A stretch of DNA of 64,000 bases from Tubulanus polymorphus. Taxonomy: Eukaryota; Animalia; Nemertea. The stretch lies in the NCBI RefSeq assembly GCF_964204645.1, contig NC_134027.1, positions 27,743,849 to 27,807,848 on the forward strand. Reading direction: 5' to 3'. Position numbers and translations under genes: made by a program. This document shows positions 24,640-38,483 of this stretch, piece by piece; the first letter of the stretch is position 1, and every line of letters begins with the position of its first letter. The notes beneath the pieces are model-generated. The model was not told where the DNA came from, searched no databases, and worked only from the letters and a program-made list of their open reading frames with translations.

Positions 24640-27600
24640 CTAACGTCTCTTCTTTGCCTGAAAAAAGAACATTAGATAAAGTTTTATACGAGAGAGCGGG
24701 AAAATAGCTGGAATTAGTCGTCAATAGTTGGAATTTAAAAAGTTTTTAATTAGTTGAAATAGAATTCAATTAGGCCTAACGTAAAACGAGGATGAAATAT
24801 TTTAAAATGTAGCTCGATTTCCAGGTTGCAATTAGTCGTTATAAAAATGTTTGAATAATTCATAATGAACTGAATGCGGTACTTGAGAGGAGAGTAGTAA
24901 CACGTGTAGCCGCAGTGTTTATAGGTTATCGGTGAAATTATCGGGAAAATGTGCTACAGTCAGGGTGAGGGGGAGCTGCAGGGAGGGGAGGGGGAGCTGC
25001 AGGGAGGGGAGTAAACTACTCGACGAGGAGCTGCAGCCAGTTACCATATCAACCTGTAGCTGCTGCTGCTGCTGCTGCTGCTGCTTGAGACACAGAGTCA
25101 GTAACCGTGTCAACAACTCAAGTAAACATTAGTCCTCAATCATAGTGAGTTTAAGAGTAGCTGTAAAGTGAGAGTCATCATCGGGACCCAGACCCATCAC
25201 TGGTCACCTGACACCTATGTAGGGTCTTACGAATATTTGGCTAAAAGATTGACACCTTGTTTCTCATTTCTGTTATGCTTAAAAGTTGACCCGACCCGGC
25301 CGCCTATCTACACTAGTGTACATTAGTTATAACTAAATCATGATCAAGCTAATCGGAACAGACCTGGTAGATATCAACTGATTACTGATAGTTTACTAAA
25401 TGGCCACCTGGCTAGGGTTAGGAAAAACAAGGTATCACTTTCTTTAATATCACAAATTTATGTGAGATGAGTTTGAAGTGAAAGGTGTATGTAATTAGCC
25501 TATTAGGCGTAGCCTATAAAAAATAACTAGGTACAAATTGCTTGATGTAATACATGTAATACACTAATACACGTGTATCTTAAAATTCACTATTGAATGA
25601 ATGTTTTGAAACCAAGACAACAGAAATTCACTGGTAACCAGAGAAACACTGGATTATTACACTAATACATCATCATCAGCAGCGGCTGCGGCAGCAAACA
25701 ATTCATTTTACATCAGCCAAGATTAATTTCTATTGTCTCGATCACGGATAGATAACGACAGTGCTGACACCTATCAACCGATACTCACAACTAAAGGCAG
25801 TAATTCATTAGTATTTGATGATCTTCGTTTAGTTTTAATTCTACAAAAAATAAACATCAAACAAACATGAAGATTAATGTCTGTCCACAATTGACACTTT
25901 CTCTCATACAGTTCTCACGTAGAAAATATTAAACCAATATTTATATACAAGAGTTTTTTCTTTTTGTCATTTCGTTGCAGTTGCCCACGTTAGTGTCAGG
26001 GCTGGGTTTCATAGATGTGGAAGAAAAATTGTCCCTGGGAATATTTTGAAATTCGTCAGTTATAACCATGGATTCTCATTGTTACTACGGTGGTTATAAC
26101 CCAAATTTAGGAGTTATCCCTAGGGATTACTTTGATACTCAGTCTATGAAACCGGGCCCAGCTTTACAAGGACTGCATAAATCGCAGTCAAACTCGCTTA
26201 AGCTGTTATTAGGATCAGTCGTCAAATCACTGAAATCATCTCTATATTTTGAGTCACAATTCGTATTGACAATGAATTAATTTTGACAACGTATTGCTTG
26301 TCACGCCATCTGGTGGGATAGCTGATGTCACGGGTTTCCTATTCAATCTAGTAATATAAGTGTAATGTATGATCACAACTAAGAGGACTGTGTGTTTCAC
26401 TGCGCGCACGAGTAGTATCTTTCTACCTACACATCATCGACATTGTGATGTTCTGTTTGTTCTATACTTTCTTTTCGATGATTTCTATGTTGCGGAAATG
26501 AAGGCATCAAATCAGGATCACAGGCTGAAAATAAAATCAGAAGGCTCAAATAGCTGGGGGTGTGAATTCAGTATGCTAGGAGAGCTTTGATTTAGGACCT
26601 CCAGTTATATGTGGTTGAACAGCAGTATCACCAGATGAAATGATGTCTCCTTTAAATTTGACATGATTATTATTCATCGATGTTAAACAGAGCGGACTGT
26701 TATAAAACACTCACGTAAAGGTTGCTCTTTAAAATATGAACTTTCACAGCAATCGGCAGCAGTAGCTCTACAAACATACAACAACATTCCAACAATATCA
26801 CTTACTGATTATATATAATCAAACATTGAAAATAAACAGTCCAAAGTGTCTCCTTGAACTCGATTTCACAATATCCTAATAGTCATCTTCACGAATGCTT
26901 AAGTTAGAACAAAACTGTGAGATATATATCCAAAAACATTTTCAAACTAAAATAATGAAAAACAGAACAACAAACTGGGGGGGGAACTTATGTCAAATGA
27001 TTATGATTTATTGAAATCATTTAAAATTGTTTTTACCTTTTCTTCGGATCGAACATGAATAGAAAGTTTAATAGTCTGATTCCGGCTTCTGAAATCCACG
27101 GAAATTTTAACCGCAAATTATTATAGCTGAAAAAAATACACGCAAATTATCATCAAAACCAGAAACTTTAGAATAAAATTTTATATTTTTCAGGATCGGA
27201 TTGAAATCATTTTAAGACTTACGGTTGATTTTTCAGCGAAAAATGTTCCAACGCTGGAAGGTTTTGAAATCCCTAAAGAAACAATAATTCCTAAATCAGT
27301 GAATCATTTTTAAATATGAAGATGAATTTAATGGTTGAATGATTATAAAACTTACAGGCCAAATACTTTCATTAGGAGTTCCGAACATTTCAACGATTAA
27401 ATCAATTTGTTGTATTTCTGACCAGCCCGGTAATAATGGTTTATGAGCTAATAATTCAGCAAGGATACAACCAGCAGCCCTGCAATATAAACATCATACT
27501 CTCCTACAGTCTTACATCTATCACAAAACTGTATCCTTAAATATTTGTCTGCTTTTGGTTACTTCATGTTTTCAATGAAATATTCAAACTTAGCAGTTAA

Positions 27601-29917
27601 AAAAAAAACTTTTTCATGATACTGGAGCCAGGGTTAGTTTCACAAATGTTCCTGTATCAATTTGAAATGAATTGATGAATTAAAAAGATTTTAAGAATTG
27701 AACCTTTATGTTACACTGGACCCTGAGACTTAAATCTTTATCATTTAATATTGTCATAATTGCTTTGTTTTTCAGGGTGTCAACAGGCCAGGTTGACACG
27801 GTGTTGACAGGCAAGGTTGACAAGGTTGACAGGCCAGGTTGACAAGGCCTATTAAAGGTGGCCACTAATTCTCTAAATCTAGTCACATTAATTTTGTAAA
27901 TGTAACCACACTAGGTAGATACATACCACATATCAATAGCTGTAGTTTGATTAGTGTCTCCTAGTAATAATTCTGGTGATCGATACCACAAAGTAACGAC
28001 TTTAGGAGTCATAGGTTTACTGGGTACACCGTACGTCCGTGCTAAACCAAAATCAGCTACAAACAAATAATAGATTCCACTATTTCAATAAAACTTTACA
28101 ATTGTGAGAGATCTAGGACAATGAGCTACAGAAATCTCTACTCGTGTTGGATCTTAGAACGATAACCACACTCAAACGTGGTGAACGGATAATAAAATTA
28201 AAACCCACTATCTACAGATTAAAAGAATTTAAAAACAAGAATTTATTTTTTTCACACCTGACGATGATCTCTAGGTTGAGATCGAAACGTCGTGTATTCT
28301 ATATATTTTAGATTGAATAAATAAATTCTTGTTTTTAAATTCTTTTTATCTGTAGATTGTGGGTTTTTATCTTATTATCTCTACTCGTGTTGGATCCAAT
28401 CAACATCAGAGATAACTTTATCAGAGACAACCGTTTAACTCAAGAGATGTCAGTGAAATTTAGTCCTCAAAGATCTAGAAGACTAGAAGACTCAAAGACT
28501 AGAACAGAGTCTGCGGTAAATGTATAAACGAACCTATTTTCACACATCCCTTGTCGGTCATCAGCAAATTAGATACTTTTAAATCTCTACAAAATATGAA
28601 ATACATAATCATTAGAAGTCAGACTGAAGACTTACAGAGAATCGGACTAAAGACTTAGAGAGAATCTTCATCAACTGTGAATTTACCTGTGAATTATATA
28701 CTGGGAATGAATGTATTTCAAACCATTAAAAACTTGAATCATGATACATTTCACCTGAAATTTGAAATCAAATCATTTTTAAGGAAGAATTTGATAAGAT
28801 TTTGAGATGAATGAATTGATAGTTAACGAACCTCGGCCTCAGAGAATGGATTCTGCATATTATCCAATAGACAACCTAAATCTTGTTCACAGTAGTTCAT
28901 TACTAGAAATATACTGAAATAAACAATACTACATTTAAACCAGAACCTAGTACACGACCTAGTTCAATAGTACACGACCTAGTTCAATAGTACACAACCT
29001 AGTTCAATAGTACACGACCTAGTTCAATAGTACATGACCTAGTTCAATAGTACACAACCTAGTTCAATAGTACACGACCTAGTTCAATAGTACATGACCT
29101 AGTTAAAACTACACGACCTTATAATTCTTTAGGAATCAATTCCACAGTAATTGGTTAATTTCTTAGACCTGGTGGAACCAGAACTGTGGAAGTGGATCTT
29201 GACAGAAAGATCGATTTATAAACCTGATGAATAATTTACCTGTAGATTGATTTATAAACCTGATGAATAATTTACCTGTTAAGACTTTTCCCCACAACTA
29301 TTTCTGTTAATTCTACGATATTTTCATGACGTAAATTCATTAAAATATTGATTTCCCTCAAAGCACTAACAGGTGCTCCTAAAATATACAACAAATTGAC
29401 AAAGTAAATAACAGGTGCCCCTAAAATATACAACAAATTGACAAAGTAAATAACAGGTGCCCCTAGATACAAATCAAATAGAAAATCATTGAAATCTTAC
29501 CGTCTTTAGCGTTTTCCAATCGAGTTCTTTTCAGGGCAACAATTTCATTAGTTTTAGTGTCTCGAGCCCGGTCTGAAAATACGATACAATTACTTACATT
29601 GTAATAATACATCACATTGAGTCAGTTATACTGTAATACATTGTAATACTCACACACTATACCATATGTTCCCTCTCCAATACGGTTCAATTTCTCAAAC
29701 TCTGTCACACTTCTACATCTTCCCAGCTGGAAAAGGAAAAATACTGCGGAATTTTAATTTCAATTTCATGGTAATTAATTGAATAATCAATATTCTATAG
29801 ATTAATAATTACCCGATCAAACTCTTTTATTTCTATAGTCTGTTCCGTTTTAAATGAACATAATGAATTCACTGCTTCTTTTGAGACTAATGAATCATTT
29901 TGAGACGATGACATCAT
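24640..29917 (-). CDS. CDK10: Cyclin-dependent kinase 10
   Basis: Approximate exons 29917-29813, 29726-29654, 29573-29501, 29378-29276, 28914-28833, 28754-28687, 28586-28534, 28037-27926, 27479-27357, 27272-27223, 27126-27037, 26767-26715, 26524-26431, 25840-25789, 24657-24640. They give [31 protein letters not shown] (PISSLRE-type), [49 protein letters not shown] and a C-terminal AKKRR*. Confidence 0.93.
25997..26161. mobile_element. MITE with TIRs GGGCTGGGTTTCATAGA/TCTATGAAACCGGGCCC
   Basis: Terminal and subterminal inverted repeats with the same GGGCC-type ends as the 12976 element. Confidence 0.65.
28154..28376 (+). mobile_element. Hairpin insertion carrying a minimal hammerhead ribozyme, with a 20-bp target-site duplication
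   Basis: ATCTCTACTCGTGTTGGATC at 28134-28153 and 28377-28396; inverted arms ~28200-28246 and ~28319-28366; hammerhead core between them. Confidence 0.8.
28254..28295 (+). ncRNA. Minimal type I hammerhead ribozyme motif
   Basis: ACAC-CTGACGA-T-GATCTC-TAGGTT-GAGATC-GAAA-C-GTC-GTGT: stem I 4 bp, stem II 6 bp, intact core, GUC cleavage triplet, palindromic ACGT stem III. Confidence 0.75.
28947..29119. repeat. 20-bp minisatellite (AGTTCAATAGTACACGACCT)
   Basis: Direct observation, ~8 copies. Confidence 0.95.
29367..29465 (-). repeat. 42-bp tandem duplication spanning a CDK10 splice acceptor
   Basis: TAACAGGTGC(T/C)CCTA starts at 29367, 29409 and 29451. Confidence 0.9.
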
Positions 29918-29928
29918 CTCACATAGCC

Positions 29929-30206
29929 TACCGGTCTCAGATACCGGTCTCGGATACCTGTCTCAGATGCCACTCTCAGATATGGCTGTCAGGTACCGGT
30001 CTCAGATACCGGTCTCGGATACCACTGTCAGATACCTGTCTCAGATACCTGTCTCAGATAGCGGTCTCAGATACCGGTCTCGGATACCTGTCTCAGATGC
30101 CTGTCTCAGATACCTGTCTCAGATACTGGTCTCGGATACCACTGTCAGATGCCGGTCTTAGATACCTGTCTCAGATAGCGCTGTCAGATGTCAGTCTCAG
30201 ATACCA
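29929..30206. repeat. ~13-14-bp minisatellite (GTCTCAGATACCG/T) just upstream of the CDK10 ATG
   Basis: Direct observation. Confidence 0.9.
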
Positions 30207-30249
30207 GTGTCTAGGATAGGCTCTTCTCTTTATGGTAGTAAGCTACTGA

Positions 30250-31083
30250 AAAATAAATGTATCATTATCACATCGACATTTCTGTGCACATTCTTTCTCT
30301 TCTAAAACAGACATGCATCATCCAAAAATACTTGTGAACACGAGTGTGTTGGGCGGTTTATACATAGGAATAATTTAAGGATAGGAGAATAAACTTTTAA
30401 ACCAGGCTGGTTAAATCCACGGTACACGAGGTACGAGATAGCTAGGGGTCCAAAATCAAAGATACGACCCAGTATCCTAGGTACCACCTATAAAAAAGAA
30501 AGGCAATACCTTAGATACTGGGTCGAATCTTTGAGGCAGGGGTAGCTATCATGACAAGCCCCTGCCTGCCTGGTGGTGTTTGAATCGAGCCATGGTGCGC
30601 CTCTCTCTAAAAATCGACAGTTATACTCAAACTGTACAGTACAAATATCAATAACAAGTCCTTTAAAAAGGGTAGCGATTTTCAACTTTATAACTGTGTC
30701 ACTGCACAGATTTCATTCTCTTCTCCTTTTTTACATTGTTCTCTTGATTTTTGTTTGGGCCCAAATTAATGGTTTTGATAAATCAAATCATCAAAAATAT
30801 AGATAATTAAGCCTAAAACTTTATCAGTTGTTAGCCGACTGTTTCCAAATAAGTAATTAGAATGATTTATATCAATTGTTACCAGTTTATTTAGTTGGAA
30901 AAAGTTTGAATCGGCTTTAATGCTGTCGATATACCGCCGTCAATATAATTTAATTGAATTGTCAAAACACTGATCTGGACTGCTATAAGGACTACTGATT
31001 CGGACTACTGATTCGGACTACTGGCAGGTACCCGGAAGTATTTTAGAGGGAATTCCCCGATTTCAGCGAGATTTTGAAGGAAG
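30250..31083. promoter_or_regulatory. Candidate bidirectional promoter CDK10/Sowah
   Basis: Divergent start codons 1.17 kb apart; ETS-type CCGGAAGT at 31032-31039. Confidence 0.5.
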
Positions 31084-34000
31084 ATGACGGAATTAACTTT
31101 AGAATCAGTTCGTGAATTCCTCGTTTCTAACGACGGGAAAGTGAAAAATAAAGATATGGTGAAACATTTTAAACAGATTCTCAGTGATTCACATAATAAA
31201 GGTAGGTTACATTCAAACCACGGCAGTGGACTCAGTCTCGGGAAGTGGTGGGTCCATCTCCCTCCCTCTAGGGCTCTAGGCTCTAGCCAAGCCTACTACA
31301 GTGTATTTTAGTAAGTAACCTGTCTGTGGTTTAGTTTCACGATCGGATATTTTCACAAACCACATGTTGGTATAAGCTTGTCCGATTATAGAAAGCTTAC
31401 CACCAACGATTAGGTAACTAACTATAAGTTACACGCTGACTTACCGGTAGGTAGCCAGTAACCTGTTCAAAATCAGTTGGTACTAAAATTCCATGTTATA
31501 CTTACAATGGAGTTGAAATGATAGTTTCTTCAACATCTTCGATCATATCAAATAAAGCCGTTCCTTCTTTAGGTTGGATGTGTCTAAAACCGGCTAAAAC
31601 TCTTAACTCGCGTCCATTATCTGTAAACGGATAAAAATAACCTGTCTGTGGTTTAGTTTCACGATCAGATATTTTCGCTAACCACACGTTGGTATAAGCT
31701 TGTCCGATTATAGAAAGCTTACCACCAACGATTAGGTACTAACTAGGCCCCACCCGGGATACACACAGGTCCCATCCAGGTCGTCCCTACTGGGAGCAGG
31801 TAGCCATTCATTCATCAGTCATCATAAGAACAGAGAGAGGAGGGTCAAATGACTCCTGCAGTCTGATAGACACTCTGTCAAGTGTGGACCGGTGAATTGA
31901 CGAGACTTGACACAAGTCGGATGCTCCCTCCGGATGACTGCGTTTTAAGTGTTAACCAACCTAACCATTATTCTTTAATAACACTAGTACCACGCACAGT
32001 GGAAGGTGACCTGAACCGGTCCTCACTCCTGTACGGCGCTCAGTCACATCTTAGAGTATTAGCTCTGACTGTGTGAGTGTATTGATGTACCCTGAGTTCC
32101 CATACAGATAGACTCAACCTGTCCCTCACAATCATAGCACCTACAGCTACGCTGTCCCTAACATTACCACTGCCGTGCTGTCCCTCACATCACCACTACC
32201 GTGACTACAAACTGCATTCAATTAATGAATTTATTCTACATTTTTAAAGCTGAAAACAGACAGAAATTCAAGGAATTTATCAATGAATTAGCGAGCGTAA
32301 GAACTGAGGTAAATATTGTATAAACAGTAGTAGGGCCGAACTACAACTTCCATGGATTTCCTGTAAACCGGGCGAATTTTGTTGGTCCCAAATGAGTTTT
32401 CTGCGTATTTCACTGATTTGTTTATGTTGTTTGATTAAAGGACGGAGAAAAAATGATAATTTTAAAAACGAAGAAAAAAAAGAAGTTCATGTCATTAGAC
32501 GATTTACCACCACCACCTCCATCACCTCCTCGCGAAAATAGTCCGGTATCAGATGTTTCATCCAGGGATATTCCTCCAACTCCGACAGAATCAAGTATTA
32601 CAGTAGAGAGTGGTCCAACCGAATCTGGAGAATCCAGTATCAAAGTAGAGAGTACTCCAACAGATTCCGGAGTAGGACTTGATATTGCTCCAACTAATGA
32701 ATCTAATATCGACAATGCTTCCAGTGTAAGTGTCTGGAAAACTGGGATCAACTTCACAATGATGTTCCTTGTTTGGAAATATTTGGGAATTTGATAGATT
32801 TTCCTCGAATCCAGAAAATATTTGGAAAATTCATATTGCACTTTGCGTAATGCAACTTACGCAGTTTTTCTTGAAAATGTTGGTGTCCCTGCTGTATGAT
32901 AGTATCTGTTTATTTCCATTTGGAAAATTTGAAGAATTTGCTGTAAATACTTGGGAATTGAGTTAACAATGTATTCGAGTAGTTGATGAATACGTGTATA
33001 GATGGCGTGCTAGTGAAAAGTGATGTTTATGTATCGTAGTTACAGACAACCGATGAAGAAAGTCCAAATCGACCGAACGTGAAAGACTTTGCGAAACAAC
33101 TCGATGATCAAATAGAAACTGATAAATTAGAACAATCGACCGTCGTGTTACGCAAAAAGAAATTCGAGGTAAATGAAAAAAAACTAATTCAAAATTCTCA
33201 AATAAAATGTTACCTGAAATCTACAATTATCGATATACCGAGAATTCCCACAGTAATCCGTATAAATCTATAAAAGCGATGACAATATTAATCTCATTTT
33301 CTAATTGGTAAAAAGAGTTTAGGATCAGAAAGTTTTTAGAGGTTAAATTCTTAATTGCGTTTATATGAATAAACAGTTGTATTTCCCCTGGGGAGGGGAG
33401 GGATAAATGAGGTCTATCTCAATCATTGAAACTTTTATTTTACGATTCATTATAGAATCACGATTCAACGGAAAACAATGAAAACTTATCGGTAAGTGAA
33501 ACACTGCGCCACCTAGGTTTTGAATATGGAACTAATTACCGCTGATATTTATAATGATGATATTATTTGTTTCTAGTTGGAACCGTTGGATCATAAATTC
33601 ATGATTGCCGCAGCTTGCGCCGATTATCATCCAATGGCTAAAATGTTACAACAAAATCCTAAACTCGTCTCACAACAGGTAAGAAAGTTTTTAATCAACG
33701 CTGTTTTCTCAAAGTGTGGGGGAAAACTTTTTTTGAGAGTTTGAAAATCATATTTCCTGTTTTTTTTCCAAATATTTGGGAATTTGATTTTACACTTGAC
33801 ATATCCAAGTGCTGAAATGTCGATGGCAACATTGATCAGTAATCTCTGTTAAAAATCTCCAGTTCACCAGTAATATGTTGACATTCCTGTAATATGATCA
33901 AATCTGGTCATTTACATTTGGCAAAAATAGAATTAGGATTTTTTGTGTAGAATGAATCAAGGGATTATCGATATGATTGCGGTCTAGGAATCTTACGAGA

Positions 34001-35300
34001 CTCTAAATCATCAGCGCACCATTTAATTAAAACCGCTTCATGTCAACAACGGCGTTAAATCAAAAACAATCTGAAAAGGTCATTTTCTGTAAAACAAAAG
34101 CGCAATATTAGTGATAATAGGGGTTCGATGATCAGTGAGGTAAACATGAATAGTCAAGGTGTTTGTTAGATAACCTGTACTCCTGGTTCAACTGGTGTGG
34201 AATAAATAGCCTGCATTGAATAGATTACACTCTAACCTCATCACTTATACAATACACATCAATGATTCCTGTCTCTCTCTCCAACAACTAATCCTTTTAT
34301 TACATACCGATGTTTAGCTATCAAAAACCAGTTCTGTGAAATAAATATCGCTGTTACAAGGGGAGGGGGATAGAGGAATGGGTGAGGGGAGAAGGGGGTT
34401 TAGAGAGGGGGTAGATGTTTAATAGAATGGAATCATTGATTCACCGGGATAGGATAGAGGGGGAGGGGGTAGATCAATGATTCATACTGTATGTGTGTTT
34501 ATAGGGGAGAGGGGGAGGAGGGGGAGGGGAGAAGGGGGAGGGGGAGAAGGGGGTTGTACACGTGGTGTATATGTGTGTTTATAGGGGGGAGGAGGGGGGT
34601 TGTACACGTGGTGTTTATGTGTGTTTATAGGGGGAGGGGGAGGAGGGGGGTTGAACACGTGGTGTATATGTGTGTTTATAGGGGGAGGAGGGGAGGGGGA
34701 GGGGGAGGAGGGGAGGGGGAGAAGGGGGTTGTACACGTGGTGTTTATGTGTGTTTAACAAGCACTTAACTACAATGATTTAATTGAAGTGTTGATTATTC
34801 ACTGTCTTTACATTAATAACACCTACTGTTTGACGTTAACACTCATCTAATTGACACCTGCTCTTATCATTGTTGTTATTTCATATATCGCTAACGGCAA
34901 CTAACCCGTCTGCTGCCTGCATCTGTATCATCGTCATACCGACGCTCACTTGCCAGGGTCTGACTCAGTTTATAGATTCAATCAGACACTGATTTGTTTT
35001 TACTCGCATTCAGTTTGTAATAAACTGATCAATGTTCATTTATAAAACTAATAAATCGATCAATCAGATCCTCGCTTTCCTCGTCAATTTCCTCATCGGT
35101 TTCCTCAGTTAGTTGTTCGTGTAATGTTTTCATGTTGAAAATTTATCTGGTAATTTTATTTTGACAGAAATCAATGTTATTTGTGTTTGATAAATCAGTA
35201 TATATTAGATATTTCATCCATCACAGAGATCCTCACTCGCCAGAGCTAGATTCCACTTATGTCAAGTTTTCTTTCTTTTTGTATTTTATGATTGCTGCTG

Positions 35301-35335
<35 letters not shown>

Positions 35336-38300
35336 ATTGTTGGTTTTAAAGGACTTGACTTCTGTAAGTACCATATTCTTTAACAATATGTTGGCCATTT
35401 CTAGATCGAGTGGTCAGATTGACCACTAGTGACCGTTCAGTGAGTTGAATGGTCAGATTGACTACTAGTGACCGTTCAGTGAGTTGAATGGTCAGATTGA
35501 CCACTAGTGACCATTCGATGAACTATTTAGTAATTCGATCACATTCTCTGATTTAATCAATGTTGTGTTTTGTCTCATGAGATGATGTTTACTTGATAGA
35601 GTTTAATTAACCATCGTCAAATACACACAAACTGTGGGTTTTTACTTCTTGTCATAATGTGCTCTCTAGAATATATTATTAGTCTCTCCACTGGTCTCAC
35701 AGACTGACCACCGATCTCTCAGACTGACCATTGGTCTCACAGATTGACCATTGGTCTCCCGGACTGACCACCGGTTTTTTAGACTGACTACCAGTGTAAC
35801 AGGCTGGCCACTGGTCTCACAAACTGACCATTGGTCTCACAGACTGACCACTGGTCTCACAGATTGATCACTGATCTCACAAACTGACCATTGGTCTCAA
35901 CAGACTGACCACTGGTCTCACAGATTGATCGCTGATCTCACAAACTGACCATCAGTCTCACAGACTGACCACCAGTCTCACAGACTGACCCCTGGTTTTT
36001 CCACAAACTGACCACTAGTCTCCTAGAGTCGCCACTAGTCTCCTGGACTGACCACCAATCTCACAGACTGACCCCTGGTTTTTCCACAAACTGACCACTA
36101 GTCTCCTAGACTCGCCACTAGTCTCCTGGACTGACCACCAATCTCACAGACTGACCACCAGTCTCCTAGACTGGCCACTATTCTTCTGGACTGACCACCA
36201 ATCTCACAGACTGACCACCGGTCTCTGATAAGTTCATAATAAATAGTTATTATTTGTTTTATTGATTGATTATATGATACCAGGCTGTAAGTATAGATTA
36301 TTGTTCTATTAAACCGCAGTATTAGAAATCGCTTAAATCTTAACCATTGATTTCTTACACAATTCTTTTCCTCATTGTTTGAAAATCCTTCCCTAATCAG
36401 ATATTTCATGTTTTGTAATGAATTTTTCAAATCCTAATAATAGATTTCATTAGTAGAATTAATAATGTTAATTTTTCTTAATACTTGATTTAATTATTAT
36501 TTCTTGCTTGCCTCACTCCGTGTAAAATTAGTTTAAATTTGTCAAATCACACGTGTATGTTGTACTAGTAATAATCTGTATCAGTGTAAGGGGCTGGGGA
36601 TAAAGGGGGGGAGGGAGAGTTATTTCTAAACCATGTATCTTGGTTAATGGTTGAATTTGACTTTGTGCATTTTTGCTAAGTTGTTTCATCTCCAAAATAA
36701 ACTGCAAATTAAATTAAGCTAATTAGAATAAACTTAATGAAACTTAGTGAATGTCTGGGGTCCAAATAGTCAAACATGTTTCTCTAATGCAAAATTGTTT
36801 TTATATTTTTTTTCTAAATTTGGTTGTATTACTGGTTGTATTACTGGTTGTATTACTGGTTGTATTACTGGTTGCATTAATAGTATGTAAGTAAAGTTTA
36901 ACAATAGAAATTAAAAGTGATTTGTAACAATTATATTTAATGATGCTTTAAACACTTCATGTTTCAATAAAGAATTTGGTCACGTTTCAGAAAGTTGATA
37001 TAATTTATAAATGGTTGATATTTCAGACACCGTTACATTGGGCGTGCAAACACGGAAATCTAGACGTCGTTAAAATGTTAGCCGGAAAATACAAAGCTAA
37101 TGTGAACGTTAAATCGGTACGTATTGTAACCTGTAGGGGGCGCTGTACGTAATCAATCTGTTATTAGATGTTTTACAATTGTTATAAATTCATCAGTTCA
37201 CAGTAGCAGCAGCAGCCGGGTCGTGGAGAGAGCTCTCTTTCTGTTGATGAAACTTTTGTTCGAATTCGTCACAATACACTTTAGAATTGAATGCATTAAT
37301 GATGGTTGATGTTGATGTAGGGAATATTTGATTAAATCATGGTTCGATCAATCAGTAATAGAATCGTAATGAGATTATAGCGAGAACAACCACTCATTCC
37401 TCACCTCGCGTCCTCGCATTCCTCGCAGGCAATCATCGATATTGCGTTGAATTGAGAGAAACTTTGAAATCGACGACTCTTCGACCTGCGACGGAGACCG
37501 ACCACAGGTTTATAATCAGTGTTACTCCTCAATCATAATTACCCACGAAAAACACCATATTTCATTCTGTTCAAAAACGTAGATTACATTTTTAGAAATT
37601 CATTATCAATTTAACGATGTGTGGAATTTGATTGCGGTTTGGTGTCTCGTCGAGCTCCGCGGCACGGGCGCAGCGCGGGCGCGGCACGGGCGCGGGTGAT
37701 ATCTATATATTCATCGTCGTGTTGAGTCTCATTAGCGTAGAATAATGTCACATACGACGAGTTTCTGAACGTCTCCAACGCGAAATTATTCTTACAATTT
37801 TCTTATCAAACGCTGCTAAGTTTATACAATAGCTGACAAATAAAGTGTGGTGAGGTTGACAGCATTGATACGAATCAAATGCACTAATGAAAAAGCAAGC
37901 TTCATATAACTGGCTTTTGTGCGCGAATGAATGCACACTTAATACCGTTAGTGGTTTGTGTCAAGGTAGAATTCTACACTTTCATTTTGTACCCAGCGAG
38001 GGGTTCTCCTCAGCTGTCATAGAAAACAACCATTCAATGGATCACAACTCTGACAAACTTAGATTGCCAACATGATAGGGTAATGAGCTAACATATAACA
38101 GCACGATACAGGGGGGAGGGAGGGGAGGAACTAGGGGGGACCGGCGCGTTCCAGCGCGTTACAACGTAATAAAGTCTATCTAATAAAAACAATCACAACA
38201 GGGTCTCCTCAAACATTACGATCCTCCTCTCTCATCCCGGAATCCTTCTTTTCATCCATTGTTTCATCATCGTCATCATCACTTACATTGATTACTTTCT

Positions 38301-38441
38301 TTTTTTCATTGTTTCCCTTGACAACGCTTATCTCCCTTGACGATATCGCCACGACAACCGTACAGCATGTAAGTATCTTAAACTTTTATTGTTTAATTGA
38401 ATAGATTTATCGATATTAATTCAATAACCTCTCTCTCTCTC

Positions 38442-38483
<42 letters not shown>

